Origin: Rhizophagus irregularis
Taxonomy: Eukaryota
Direction of reading: 5' to 3'
DNA length: 64,000 nucleotides
Assembly (NCBI RefSeq): GCF_026210795.1
Contig: NC_089429.1
Coordinates: 2,480,001-2,544,000 of the forward strand
In this document: in pieces, positions 50,814 through 64,000 of the stretch
Position numbering within the stretch: position 1 is the first letter of the stretch
Layout: every line of letters begins with the position of its first letter
Notes under the pieces: model-generated
What the model was told of the DNA's origin: nothing
The model's database searches: none
The model's input: only the letters and a program-made list of their open reading frames with translations
Program-made: the position numbers and the translations under genes

Positions 50814-52334
50814 TCATATTTTAAAATCCATATTTACTACATTTACAAAAGATACACATTTAAGATTTTTAATTACTCCATTATTTTTATATTTATTAAT
50901 CAATTTTTTATATTTTTTTTCTCCTAAAATACAATCAAGTGTAAGTATGGAAAGTGCAGGTCGGCCTCTCCATTTTTCTAAAAATTCTTCCAAGGTTTCC
51001 AAAGAAAATTTAACATGACAAATAAATCTGATTTCTCTTAAGCTAGTTGGTGCTGATCTAATTAATATTTTTAATAACTCTTTTCCATTTTCTAAAAGTT
51101 GTTTTTCTTCAGGTCTTGCATCACTTTGTACATATATAACCAATAATAATGACTTCAAATTTTGACAAATTTTTAATAATTTTTCAAATTCATTAAAATG
51201 CTGTTTTAATGGTGGAAATATAAGAGTCAAATATTCAATTGAAAGACATCTTTCATAAACTTTACGAATAAAAATGAGGGAATTATCATAAAAATTCCTT
51301 ACATGGCGATCAATCATATAGATAGGCCTTAACCAAATTTTCTTTAGATGCCCTCCGCTATTTTCAATTATAATATAAGCTGCTTTTAATTCGTAATAAT
51401 CTATTTCAAAGATCTCAAGATCACGATAAACTAACATTTTTAATCGTTCTTCACTGAAATCACTGAAATCTTCACTGAAATAATAAAAACTAACACTCAA
51501 TATTTTTAGTTTATAAAATTTCGGGAGTATTTCGTGCTTTGTGGGACTCCTGTATTTGAAGTCTAATTTTAAGTGGTTGATAGTATCTACCTTATTTCCT
51601 ATTGCAAGAACAATCTCCTCGTAAGGATCTCTGCCTGGTCTAGAATTATGTAAATTAAGATCATCTTTCCATTCAAAATACTTTAAATTTTTCTGAACTC
51701 TAATTAATTTAGCAATCCCATGATGATTATCTGAGTATACACCAAAATTATCAATGATGAGTCTCTGTATATATTGACATAGCCATGCCAAACCATAAAA
51801 ATATGAAGAAGCTATTGATGTGTCGCATTTTAATTCACAAAGTGATTCAAAACGAAGCTTAGCCTCTGGAAAATAAAATATTTGATGTTTAATTGTACCT
51901 ATTGTACTCATGTTCAAATACTTTAATTCTTGGAATTTTTTCATAAAGAGGCCATAAAATTCTTGTTGTAAAATAAAATTATCATAAGCTAAAGATGATC
52001 CAATAGAAGCTATAATGTTTATAGTATGAACATCAATGCTTCTACAAAAAGATAAATAATCAAACAAAAGTAGTTTGCATGAAACTGTCGGTAATTGAAT
52101 TCCTTGTCTCGTTAGAGATTCTTTAATATCATCAGACAGATAAGAAACAATAATTGTAAACAAATAATTTTTATTATAATAATTAATATCATAGCACCAA
52201 GGATTCCTCCATAAAATTGGAATTACAGTTTCACACCAAAGTCTATTGACCATTAGACATGAAAAAAGAGATATCGAATCATCTTGTAATTCTTCAAATA
52301 TTAAGAAAAGAATATCTTTATTGAGTTTTGACAT
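50814..52334 (-). CDS. F-box-like / RNI-like LRR protein, 506 aa, single exon
   Basis: Intact ORF; LNKDILFLIFEEL...LFSCLMVNRLWCETVIPILWRNPW F-box-like N-terminus; C-terminal LEEFLEKWRGR motif. Confidence 0.88.
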   Translation of the reverse strand: MSKLNKDILFLIFEELQDDSISLFSCLMVNRLWCETVIPILWRNPWCYDINYYNKNYLFTIIVSYLSDDIKESLTRQGIQLPTVSCKLLLFDYLSFCRSIDVHTINIIASIGSSLAYDNFILQQEFYGLFMKKFQELKYLNMSTIGTIKHQIFYFPEAKLRFESLCELKCDTSIASSYFYGLAWLCQYIQRLIIDNFGVYSDNHHGIAKLIRVQKNLKYFEWKDDLNLHNSRPGRDPYEEIVLAIGNKVDTINHLKLDFKYRSPTKHEILPKFYKLKILSVSFYYFSEDFSDFSEERLKMLVYRDLEIFEIDYYELKAAYIIIENSGGHLKKIWLRPIYMIDRHVRNFYDNSLIFIRKVYERCLSIEYLTLIFPPLKQHFNEFEKLLKICQNLKSLLLVIYVQSDARPEEKQLLENGKELLKILIRSAPTSLREIRFICHVKFSLETLEEFLEKWRGRPALSILTLDCILGEKKYKKLINKYKNNGVIKNLKCVSFVNVVNMDFKI

Positions 52335-52737
52335 TTTTATCCAAAAATAATTGAAATTTTTTTTAAGAAGGTAACTTTAGATAACTTTAGATATTTTTTA
52401 CAAAATGGTTTAAACATTTTTTTTTTTTAAAAAAAAAAGGAAAATAAATACCGGAATCAAATTCCGATGGACAAATTAAATTTGTTCTGTGCGACCATAA
52501 TGATGATCAAATGATGTTTCACATGACAGACCAAACATTACGCCTCTTACAATATGATTTATTAATATAAATTTTTTAATTTGTTCCTTTTTTTTATTAA
52601 TAATAAAGTTATATTACAATAAAAGCGTTCAAGAAAGAAAAAAAAATATTTTTATCGATATAAACCAATATTTATAATAAAAACTATTTCAAACACAGTC
52701 AATATCTATAGATTTCTCGGTGACTGCAAGTTCATAA

Positions 52738-54300
52738 TTAATATAATCCGTTTATAAAATTATAATCATTAATACATAAACCACGATAATTTTTAACTTG
52801 AATACCATAAAATTTAAATTCTTCTACTTCATCTTTTGATTCAAACAGATTATTCATGTCATTATTATAGTAAAATTCATCTATAGCTAAATATTTGACC
52901 CTTTTTTCTTTCATAATGTATTTCTTAATACAAGGTAAAATATCTTCACTTCGATTCATCAGATTTCTGATTAATAATTTCTTAATAAAAATATTTTGTG
53001 AATTTTTTAAAAATATTTCCAAATCATTTATATTTAATTTAAGTTCTAATCTTAAATATTTTAATTTATTAGGAAGTATTTGACCTAAATTTTGTAATAT
53101 AATTGAATCAATTTTATGATTAAGTCAATAGAAAATAATAGAAAGATAATTAAGATTTTGTTGAACATTTTTAATTAAATTAAGTACTGAATAAATATTT
53201 TGATTATTAAATCTAGATATTCCAAATATTTCTAAAAATTTGATCTTAACACAATAAATTTTAACTAATTTAAATAATTTTCTCTTATGTTTATTATTTC
53301 TTGATAATCCAAATCCAATATTTTCTAAGTAATTACCAGTCTTTTGTAATAATAATTTAAATGTTTCAATTTGTAATGTAGAATAATTATCTATAAATAA
53401 AGATTTTAATTTAAATGGTTTAGTTAAATTAATAATTTGTTGAATAAAAGTAGAATTTAAAGGATAACAATTAATAATATGAATAGATTCTAAAACATTT
53501 TGTTGTTCAAATGCTTCATTAAAATTAATTTTTAAACTCTCTAAATTAATTTCATGAAATATAATTGTTTTTAAAGTATTTAAACAATTAAAAATATTTA
53601 AATTTTTTAAATATTTTTTATAATTAAAACAAATTTTTTTGAGATTTTGTTGTGAATTAATCAGTTTGGATATACTTTCTTCAATAAATGATGATGATAA
53701 ATTATTATCACAATAATCACCTAAATAAATATTTAAGTTTTTAATATTGCAAACGAAATTTGGTTTTTGTAGGATTAATTGAAGGGTAGAATTAAAACAA
53801 TCACTACCTATATACTTAAAAGTACAGAAAATTTCGAAATCAAAAGTATATAAATTAACTTCATTTTCAATAAATATTTTGATTAATGATAAGAAAATAA
53901 ATCCAAAATTATTGTCAAAGTTTGAAACCATTTTATTTGTAGACCATGTTTCAATAGAATTTCTATTACATACTTCATATGTATTTAAATGTTGAATAAA
54001 ATTTGGATAATTAAATAATGTATTCATTGAAGGAAATAATAATTCTGTAATAATTCCATATTCATTTAATTTTGTTTTGTCATCTTCATTTAATTTAGAA
54101 AAATAAATTTCAATGAAGTGATAATTTTTGGGATATTTCTTTGAAAATGGATTTTCCCATAATAATGGAATTGTTATACGACACCATAATCTATTAACTA
54201 AAATACATGAATGTAATGTTGAAAAGTCATTTCGAAAATATTGTAAAATTTCATTTGTTAATTCAGGAAGATCTCCTGAAAATATTTTTGAACATGTCAT
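52738..54300 (-). pseudogene. F-box/LRR-like gene with one in-frame TGA
   Basis: ATG 54300 MTCSKIFSGDLPEL; TGA at 53125-53127; the same frame continues ..LQNLGQILPNKLKYL.. to the stop at 52738. Confidence 0.85.
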
Positions 54301-55160
54301 ATTGAAAAGAGGAAAAAGGGGGAGAGTGTTACGTTTTAAAATTTTCAAACAAAATTATATAATTTTTCTTCGGAGTTAGTTATTCCGATATAGATCAAGC
54401 TGTTGTAAATCAAACAACTTTGTCCACCACAAAATTTTTTCACTACCACGTGATCTATATTTTTGGCCTATCAGTATCAGAATTATATGATCTACTCAGC
54501 TTTTTATTCTGCTTCGTTTTTTTCTTTAAACTTCAGTTACTCCTCAAAAGTTAACTATCAGTTGAGAAAAAAATATAATGTTCTTATCATAATAATAATT
54601 TTATTTTTTAAAACAAAGAAAATATTGTATAATAGTTTATCTGTATTTCCATATTTGTTTTGGCGGAAAATTCTGTAAGTAATTATTTGTACAGTATATC
54701 TAATATGCTAATACGTTACATATTTTATACTCAGGAACGTTATTTTTTTATATTTTTAAACTGATAGGTTATAATGAATTCAAACACTCTTGTAGCTAAC
54801 AACAACAGTATTGCCCCTAGTATATATTAAATTATTTAAATTACAAGCTAAGAAACTTAGTGTTTAAATAATTACAAATAACTGAAAATATTCTATATTG
54901 CTTGTTTCAATATATTTTTTTTGTCGCATTATACATGTTAAAAATAATTAATCCTATGCTGGGCGTAGATTATATTTGCGAATTTGTACTGTACACATAA
55001 AACACGCGCACTTCTTAAAAATTCAAACTTTTACATTCATTTATTATGTTTTTGATTGTAAAGCAATACATGAGAAAGAGCCGACCGGCCAAGTAAAAAT
55101 GAATAAAACTAATGAACGGTAACCGTTGGTAAGTCTGGAGCGAAAAGAAAATTATTAGCC

Positions 55161-55235
55161 TAAACACGGATAAATTTAATAACACGGGTAAATTTAAACA
55201 CGGATAAATTTAATTAAACATGGATAAATTTAATT
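55161..55235. repeat. Short tandem repeat AACACGGATAAATTTAA x4
   Basis: Four near-identical 17-20 bp units. Confidence 0.75.
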
Positions 55236-57136
55236 GAATACTATAACAATCATCACAGGAAGGCTATTTACAAACCCAACACAGATTTTCTGACTTGTTT
55301 CTAGTAAAAAGACTTCAAGTTCAGAGTATACAGTGTGTTAAAGAGTCTGGAATAAAATCCATATAATTAAAAAAAAAATCGGTTAAAACTTAAAATAGTT
55401 GAATTGTGTAACATGAAACGCCTGATTTATTTATTACATCATGCCTAGTGGATTATTAAGTGTAGGGCGCAGTATTATATTTAGATACTAGAAATTTTTG
55501 GTTTGATTATAAAATGAACGTCCAGGCATATGACATTAAACTATACCATATTGTCCGATTTATTGGATTACAGTTCTTGTAATCATAATTTTATTTTATT
55601 TTTTTATTTATTTGTTTATTTCAGAAAGAGTAACAGGGTATGTAATAATGTAAATCATGTAAACCACAGGTACAAAGGAATTGTAGATCAGATAATACGG
55701 AATTGCGTAGAATTGCGTAATGAACTAATGATGATCATTGGGCAATGACATGACATCAGAATTTAGGAATTTAAGAATTTAAGAATTAGGATTTACAATG
55801 AGATTTTTATATTGGATTTAGAAGTAGAAAAGTGAAGATAATGAAAAAAGAAATTAATTATAATTGAACGGAATAAGATTAATCTAATTTATCCAAAAGG
55901 AGTAATATTGGATATAGAACTACACGGGAACTCAGAATTTATAAAAAGAGTGGATTTTGGAATTAAGATAAGGCGTAGTATTTGAAAAGTATATGGGGAA
56001 ATAATCGATAAATATTAGTAAGTGTGAAAACTATGAATATTTTAATAATGATTTTGTTGTTTGGGTATAATCTTGTTAATGAATTTCCGTGAGATGAAAT
56101 ACAAAGTTTAAGGATATTTAGGATTTTTGGAATTATATTGATGAATTATATGAAAGATATAATATGTGAAATATGGATACATAGGGGAAATTATCGAAGT
56201 TCGAAACTGTAAATTATGAATAATGGAAATTTATTAATGATAAAGGGTTTTGGGATTAAGAAATATTAATTTTTATTAGATTATTTTAGTTTATTCTATA
56301 TTTATTTAGAACCAAGCGTGAACTCGGGATAATTTTAGATATTTTGTATAATTTGTTATTATGAATAAAGACAACAATGTTCAATGACGTGCGTAAACAT
56401 GGGCGCGTCATTACACCAATAAAAGACTCAATTTTTTAACAAATTTTTATTTGATTTTTTTCTATTGATTTTTTCTATCGAAAAAAAATAATAATTTTGA
56501 TATTTTTTATAATCATATATTTTTTCAGAAAACTATGCACTCTTTAGAAATTAGAATTATGAGGCTTGATGGCTTGTAGATAGATGTTTTACAATTTATT
56601 CGTAATAAACAAATATTTTTTTTTTTGTTATTCTAAAATATTGATTTTTTTGTGTTTACCCAATAAAATTGCTCTAAAATTATGCCACATGATGAACTAA
56701 AGTTAATTATGAAATTTTAACATTAAAAAATATTAATAGGAAAATGCATTGATTTTATCCAAATACCGTAGTATTTATTTGTTTATTTGTTATGTAAATT
56801 GATACAAAATTTTAATTTCCCGATGTATGATCAGATGATACAAATTTTTGTTCTTAAAAACAAAACCCATGTGGTTGGGTCAAATTAACGTAAATTTTTA
56901 TGAGAACTGATGTTTTATTTTACATTTTGGGAAAAAAATTGAGAAAAATGAATTTAAAACTTTGAACTTTATTTTTCAATTATATAGGAACGAAAGGTTG
57001 AGTTATTTTAACAAGTTAGTCAAATTAATATTTTTTTGTTATACTATTTTGGATTATGTTCATTGTAATAAAAAAATTTTTTTAATAACAGGTAATAAAT
57101 TACATTATTTTTTTATATAAACGTGGTATTATGCAC

Positions 57137-57313
57137 TAGGGGTGCAGACTTTTTCCTTTTTTATCTACGTTATTCATTAACTGTTAAGTCAATGAAAGGT
57201 TGACATAGCTCGATATTATATAAATTATTATAAAATTTCTCTGTGAGCATCTGCAGTGACGTTATTGACGTAACTTTGTTACGGAAGTTACGCCGGTAAA
57301 GCTTGCACCTCTA
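57137..57313. mobile_element. Small hAT-like MITE (177 bp)
   Basis: TAG(G/A)GGTGCA termini; 8-bp flanks TTATGCAC (57129-57136) and GTATGCAC (57314-57321). Confidence 0.65.
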
Positions 57314-57981
57314 GTATGCACCCTAAAGTTTTTATTTGAAAATGCATGTATAAACGTATAGTAAATACTCTGATCTACAAGTATAATAAATATATAGAAA
57401 TTTCTTGCAGCACTCGCTCGTTTTTTTCAATTATTTTATTGAATAAATAAAAAATTCATTTTTTTTAAAAAAATGAAAAATCTTTTTTTAAAAAAAAAGC
57501 AGATTTAAGATCAAGCAATTGCCTTTTTAAATTTAAACTGTGGCTGCTGTGGCATTCATGATACACGTATTGAAATAATAATGATTTGATGGTGATTACT
57601 TAACCACGATTTATATTTTTTGAAGCTCCCCGTTATGTTAAATGTTTACTTGTTTATTAGAAAAATGTTCCGGAGTTTAAATTGATTCTAAATTCCCTGT
57701 GAACGGAGTTGTGTCACAAAGGAATAGTTAACCAAATAAAACTCCGATTGACAAAGAATTCAACTACGAAATGAATTTCTAAATAAGTAAAAAATCTTAG
57801 AAATTCATTACACAATGGCGGATTGTCAACATGCATAATTGTTTTTTTATATAAACGTTCGCTATTTTACCGTAATGTTCTACAACTATTTTCTAAACAG
57901 AATTTTCTTATTTAAGAATTGTAAATATAAATACTCTTGTATATTCAATTTTTATGAGTTACTTTCTTTAAATACAACATT

Positions 57982-60510
57982 ATGAACACAAAAAATAATT
58001 CATATAGTTTTTGTAGACCAAGGTTAGATTCTAGTCCTGTACCTGTTTTGTTTATTCCTTTTAAAAATAATGAAAAAAAATGTAGTTATTGTGGAATTGA
58101 ATACTCCAAGACACTTAAATTTGAACAAAAATATTGTAAAAATTGTTTATTTCGGTATATCAAATACATGGAAAACGATGTATGTTTGAATAAGTATGTA
58201 AGTACAAGTAATACTCATCAGTGTATTAAACATAAAGCAATTAAGAATAATTTTTGTGCAACAAACATTCAAGAACGGTGTGAACATTTCTCTGAGATTT
58301 TATACTTTACACATTTAATCCCAAATACTTCATCATTAAATAATTGCACTGAATTAGATTTTGGAAAACATTATTTTGGTACAAGATTTGAGTATAAGGC
58401 ATTTAAATTAATTGAGTATGGTCAATAACATCGTTATGAAATTTCTTCTGAATGGGTAGAATCAATTTTAACTAAAAAGTCCATTCAAATTTTATATTTA
58501 TCATGGTGGGATAACTTTGATAAGTGTGTAGTCTGCTTACAAGAACTAAAATATATTCACCAAGAGTCAGTACCTTATTACCAAAAATGGTGTCAAAAAT
58601 GGTGTTCAAATTGCTTTATAATTTATACTGGATGTAGACATTGTTTAACCACAAATATTATTTTTGGGATTACAAGTCAATCTCAATGTAAAAATTGTGA
58701 AAGAATATCATTTATTAATGTCGATATTACAAATATTAACAGTGAAAACTGTATCGTAGATGATTTTATTCTTATATTTACAAATAATAATACAGATTCA
58801 GATTCATTAAAGTTTATTAGAAATTTATATAGTAATATGGTAAAATGTTTAATAGAATGGATTCCATATTCTCAATTTAAAGATTTAAGAAAAATAGGAG
58901 AAGGAGGATTTAGTATTATTTATAAAGCAACTTGGTCTGATGGTATAAGGAATACTGACGTTGCTTTAAAAAAATTATTTAGTTCACAGAAAATTGAGAA
59001 AAATTTTCTCAATGAGGTAATGATATTTAATGTTAATATATTTTTAATGTACTTTATTCGATATTTATTATTATATTTATACTTTAGATTAAATCACTTT
59101 CTCAATGTGATGATCGATTTAACAAACATGAAATAATTGGTTTTCATGGTATTACACAAGATCCTGTAACAAAAAAATATATATTGATAATGAAATACGC
59201 AAATGGAAATTTACATAATTACTTGCAAAATAATTTTATAAATATTACGTGGGAAGAAAAATCACATATTTTAGCGAAAATAATATGCGGGTATTTATAT
59301 TTTTTTAATGTATTAACTTATTATCTGTATTTATATTTATTAATACTAAAATGTTTATATTTTAGACTTGAATATATTCATTTGAATCATATTATACATC
59401 GGGATTTTCATAGTGGAAATATACTATCATTAGATAAATCTCAGCCAGATGGGTACATAGATCGACTTTGGCTAATTGGAGACTTTGGGTTATCACAACC
59501 TGCAAATAGTACCTCACCAAATAATGAAATATACGGAGTAATACCTTATATTGCACCAGAAATATTTAAAGGTGCTGCGTTTTCTCAAAAATCTGATGTA
59601 TATAGTCTTGGTATGATAATGTGGGAACTTACAACAGGTTGTAAACCTTTTGCTAATGTCGAACATAATGTTAATCTAATTTAATGGAAAACGACCTGAA
59701 ATTACAAATGATACCCCTGAATGTTTTGCTAATTTAATGAAAAAATGTTGGGATTCTGATCCTTCAAAAAGACCAACTATATTTGAAATAGATATGGAAT
59801 GGTTTGATATAAATAAAACTAATAAAACTGAACTTAATCAAGCTGAAAAAAAAAGATTAGAATTAATACAATTAAAGAAACTTGGACCTGAATTTAGTGA
59901 AAAACCTCATCCAAACGCAATTTTTACAAGTAGAGCATTAAGTTCATTGATTTCTAAATCTTCTATAGATTTTTTTTCAATTAATTCAGTTAGTACTATT
60001 AAGCAAGGTATATTATATATCAATGATTACTAACTCGCAGTCAGATAATGACCTATTTATTTCATTTTTATATTAACTTAAATATATTTTATTAATCATT
60101 AGAGTATATTACTAAAGAATATGAACTTGATATAAATAAAATTCAAAGGTAACTGTTACAATTAATAAAATTTTAATAATATAATAGAAAATTAATATTT
60201 TTTTCATTATGCATTCTTTAGATCATCCACTCAAAATATAAATTCCTCCGTTCAAGTCACTAATTCTCAGCATCAAAATGTTGATGGACCTAGTGTAAGT
60301 GGGCCATTAAATAATTTGATTTCAACTGTAACTACAAATTCTTCAAGAAAGCGAAATATTGAAGAATTAGAGATTGAAACACAAAAAAGTAAAAAAAATC
60401 GTAAGTGAACTTTATGATAAATCATATTTGTTGTGATGTTATCACGTTAATTTATAATAATATTATTTTTTTTAATTGAAATAGGAAAAAGATATTAAAG
60501 CTTATAATTA
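57982..60510 (+). pseudogene. Protein kinase (TKL-like with Cys-rich N-terminus), disrupted
   Basis: GEGGFSIIY, VALKKL, HRDFHSGN, DFG, YIAPE, DVYSLG; in-frame TAA at 58426-58428 and a frameshifting deletion at ~59682. Confidence 0.88.
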
Positions 60511-63300
60511 GATAAAAAACTTTGTTGAAGTATAATTGATATGATAAATTTGAATGTATTTTATTCTATGTATTATTTTTAAATTTTAAATAAAGTATAC
60601 TAAAATCAAACATTTATATGTTAACACATAAAAGACGATTATCGTTAATCGTCATATTATTACATCGCGCAAAAACATACGTTCCAACTAAATTTATCAA
60701 TTTAATTTTTCGTACAATAAGACGTACTTTACAATAAAATAGGGCCTAAATAGACTACATCAAATTATTGATTTGTATAATAATACTTTATCTTATACTA
60801 TATACTAAATTCATTACCTTTTTCACGATTTTTACATCAACCCGTGATTGCATTACAATTACTATAAACGTATCATTTTAGATTATATTAAGTATTAGCA
60901 ATAATAGTATTACGGTTATATAAAATTATTATTATATTTAAATAAACTCACACAAGCTGAGCAATATATAATATAGTCAATTTGGCTTTGTTTGTAACGT
61001 TAAAGCACAAATGTGAAATGACATAAAAAGTTGTACATTTACGAGGTTCATGTGAATATTAATAAATATTTAACAGTTGCTACATGTGGAAAATCTACAG
61101 GCTTACCAAAAATAAATTAACTGCTTTCTTTACTCCTATCTATTCTTTCCGAAATCCGTATTGTAAAACTATCAACAGAGTGTTGCACGTGATTTATTGT
61201 TTCACATTCTCGGTGTTGTTCACCTACAGTATACTTTATTCCCATTATCGTCTGCTTCCTTTTTATGACTTTCTTTTAAAGTTTCATGAGTTAAAGTCCA
61301 AGTATAGTCATATATCTACGGTGAAGGGAAGGTTGAGCGCTTGAGTTAAATCGCTGTGCGACAAAATATGTTGAAATTCAGATTATTAAATTGAACGCAG
61401 AAATTATTTAGATTATATTCAGTACTTTATATTAAACATGATTGACGATAATATAATTAGATATTTGACTATTTCACAAAAATTGTTCATATCTAAAATG
61501 GAAAGAATTTTTTCCTGTTAAAAATATTCTTTTAGTGTGCTTAAAAATTCATAACTAAAAAAATAAAATGAAATAAATTAAAATAAATTTCAAATATTTC
61601 GCTTTAAAGTATTGAGTTTTTGATATGTAAATATTTTTCTTTTTTTTGAAAAAGCAAGGCATTACATTTATTACGCATCATTTTTTTTTATTACGTTTGA
61701 AAGAAAGATTAATGTTTTTTATTCATTTGATTTATTAATCGATTTGATACATTCATTATAAATATATTGTACAAGATGACTTATAGTAACTTAATCATTG
61801 TGCTTTATTAACATTAAAATTTAAATTAATACTTTTAAGAAATGGAATGCGAAATTTTGTAATTTTTTTTTCCATAGAGAATATTTCTTATATAATTTTT
61901 ATTAATTTGAAACGAGAACGATGAATTTATAAAAAGCATACCGATACGTAAATTTTAGATCGTTCTAACCGAATTCGATATTAAAAATTAAGAAAAATCC
62001 AGATTTACAATAAATTATATAAAGACTATTTTTTAAAAAAAAATTCCATAAGACGAACTTAATATTCGGAATGGAGCTCAAATTTTCGACAAGAAAAATA
62101 AGGTGTCGATCATAAAAAGCTTTAATCAATTTAAAATAATTCGTTCCATGAAGATTTTTGTGAGCTAATCCAATTCAATGTCCTAACGAAAAATTTATTA
62201 TACTTCCATTTTTGGAGAATGTTTTTTTTTTGGCTTTTTTTTTTAAAAAAAACCGAAATTTTTTTTTCAAATTTATTTTTTTTTTTGTTTTTTTTCTTTA
62301 AGCCGATTTTTTTTTTCGGCTTTTTTCTTTCCATATAGACATATAGTAATATTTTTTTTTTTCCTAATTGGTTTTTTTTTTTGTTCTTCCGCCTATTAGA
62401 TTTTGGATATCAATACTTCGGGGTTACGGTAAGCACCTTCTTTTTCGATTTTTTTTTTTTTTTTTAATAATTTTACTGATACCGTACTTTCTTTTCCTAA
62501 TTTTATTTTTTTTTGTTCTTTTGCCTTTTAGGTTTGGATCGGGCAAGAGCTGCGATGTAATCGAAATACTGTAAATATTTTTACGTAAATAAATATATTT
62601 TATACGATACTTTAGTTAGAATAAATATTATTTTTTAAAAATATCTATGGAATTATGGAAAACTCGTCTTGAATTGATTGTCTTTATAGAAACATATCAA
62701 AGATCATATACTTCATGTACGACATACAATTAAGGGGCAATTTCACGTTTTTAAAATAAAATTCCTATTGAAAATTTAGTTCTTATGAGCAAATCCACGT
62801 AATCTTTGTTTATTTAGGTTATACAGTACCTTAGGAATAACATAATTTTTATAATTATACTTTGCAATGGTTGGATGAAAATCTTGAGAAAATAAATGTT
62901 CATCTTGCTTTAGAAAGAAGTATTAAGAAATTAAAACTTTGCATGTATGCTAAAACAAAATACGATATTTATTGAATATCTTTATTAATATATTTTGGAC
63001 TTGGTCACATCGTTGCCAGAATTTCTTGTGTAATTGATTTAAAAATTTAAAGGAATAATTAAATTCAATATATGAAGTTTCAAGTTTAATATTTAAAAAA
63101 TATTTGGAGTATCCATTCAATTTTTGTTACATCCATTTCATGAATCATGGAAAATTATAATTTATAACTTAACTAAAACCAAAAGTGAGAAATCTGTTAT
63201 TTTATGCTAAATAAATTTAAACAATTTATTATATTTATTTACTTACTTTTAAAGGTGAACGTAAATATCAACGACTCTTTATTTAATCGAAGTGACTTTT

Positions 63301-64000
63301 TTAACCATCCAAAAGCTATTTTTTAGACAAATTTGTTAATATTAAAAAATAGGTTCAATATATATAACTAGATAAATATAATTTTTCCTTACTTTCGAAA
63401 GGTGTTCATTGTATCTACCACCAAAGATTTCAATAGAATCAATAATTTTTCTAATTTCTGATATTTCTTCAGGACTAAGATGAATTTTTCCTGCTTCAAA
63501 ATTTTCTTCCAAATATTTCATTTTTTTTGTACCAGGAATAGTAACAAAGTCATCACCCTATAAAATATATATATATACAGTATATATATATATATATAAT
63601 TATTATCATACTTATATAATATAATATTTTATAATATAAGTATATATTTACCTGAGCTAGAACCCAAGCTAAACAAAGTTGACCTGCAGTTACTCCTTTC
63701 TTACTCGCAAATTCATTAAATTTATGTACAATTTCCAAATTTTTATTGAAATTTTCACCTTGAAAACGTGGAATTGTTCTTCTAAAATCATTTGGTTCAA
63801 AATCATCAATAGATTTATATTTTCCCTAAAAGGTTATTTGGAGTTAAATTTTTTATTTTTTTTGCATATAAATCATTTTAATAAAGGGATAATTACTGTT
63901 AAAAAGCCGTGTCCCAACGGACTATAAGCTACTATAGTGACACCTAATTCACGACAAGCTTCTAGAACTCCATTTTTTTCAATATCAAGAGCCCAAGGAC
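63301..64000 (-). CDS. Aldo-keto reductase, 3' part (gene starts beyond the window)
   Basis: [23 protein letters not shown]...PRFQGENF...[29 protein letters not shown]; three GT-AG introns; last mini-exon LLDG* inferred. Confidence 0.92.

Noticed and set aside
55641..56415. Solo LTR (TGTAAT...ATTACA)
   Set aside because: Termini fit, but flanks GGGTA and CCAAT do not form a TSD and there is no PBS, PPT or second copy in the window.
1..64000. tRNA or rRNA genes
   Set aside because: No cloverleaf or rRNA-like conserved segment recognised by eye; tRNAscan-SE and Infernal were not run.

Overview
Very AT-rich, intron-containing eukaryotic DNA. The gene families resemble those expanded in an arbuscular mycorrhizal fungus (Glomeromycotina, Rhizophagus-like); this assignment is an inference from gene content. 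Apparently intact genes are a TKL-type protein kinase, two F-box/LRR-like proteins, a cytochrome P450, a WD40/TRP-channel-like protein and the 3' part of an aldo-keto reductase. Broken genes are a Crinkler-like gene, an FAD monooxygenase, two F-box genes, an LRR gene and a second kinase. Mobile DNA is dense: an intact Zator-type DNA transposon (27-bp perfect TIRs, TAA TSD, 733-aa ORF), a young 5'-truncated LINE with poly(A), TSD and an internal micro-inversion, an older LINE, and at least seven MITE-like elements with readable TIRs/TSDs. The most unusual structure is a ~3.1-kb tandem array (25.0-28.1 kb) of about 27-29 units of ~112 bp. Each unit is a ~35-nt micro-exon plus a canonical GT-AG intron, with no maintained reading frame, and the array may be carried inside a non-autonomous Helitron (24060-30542).
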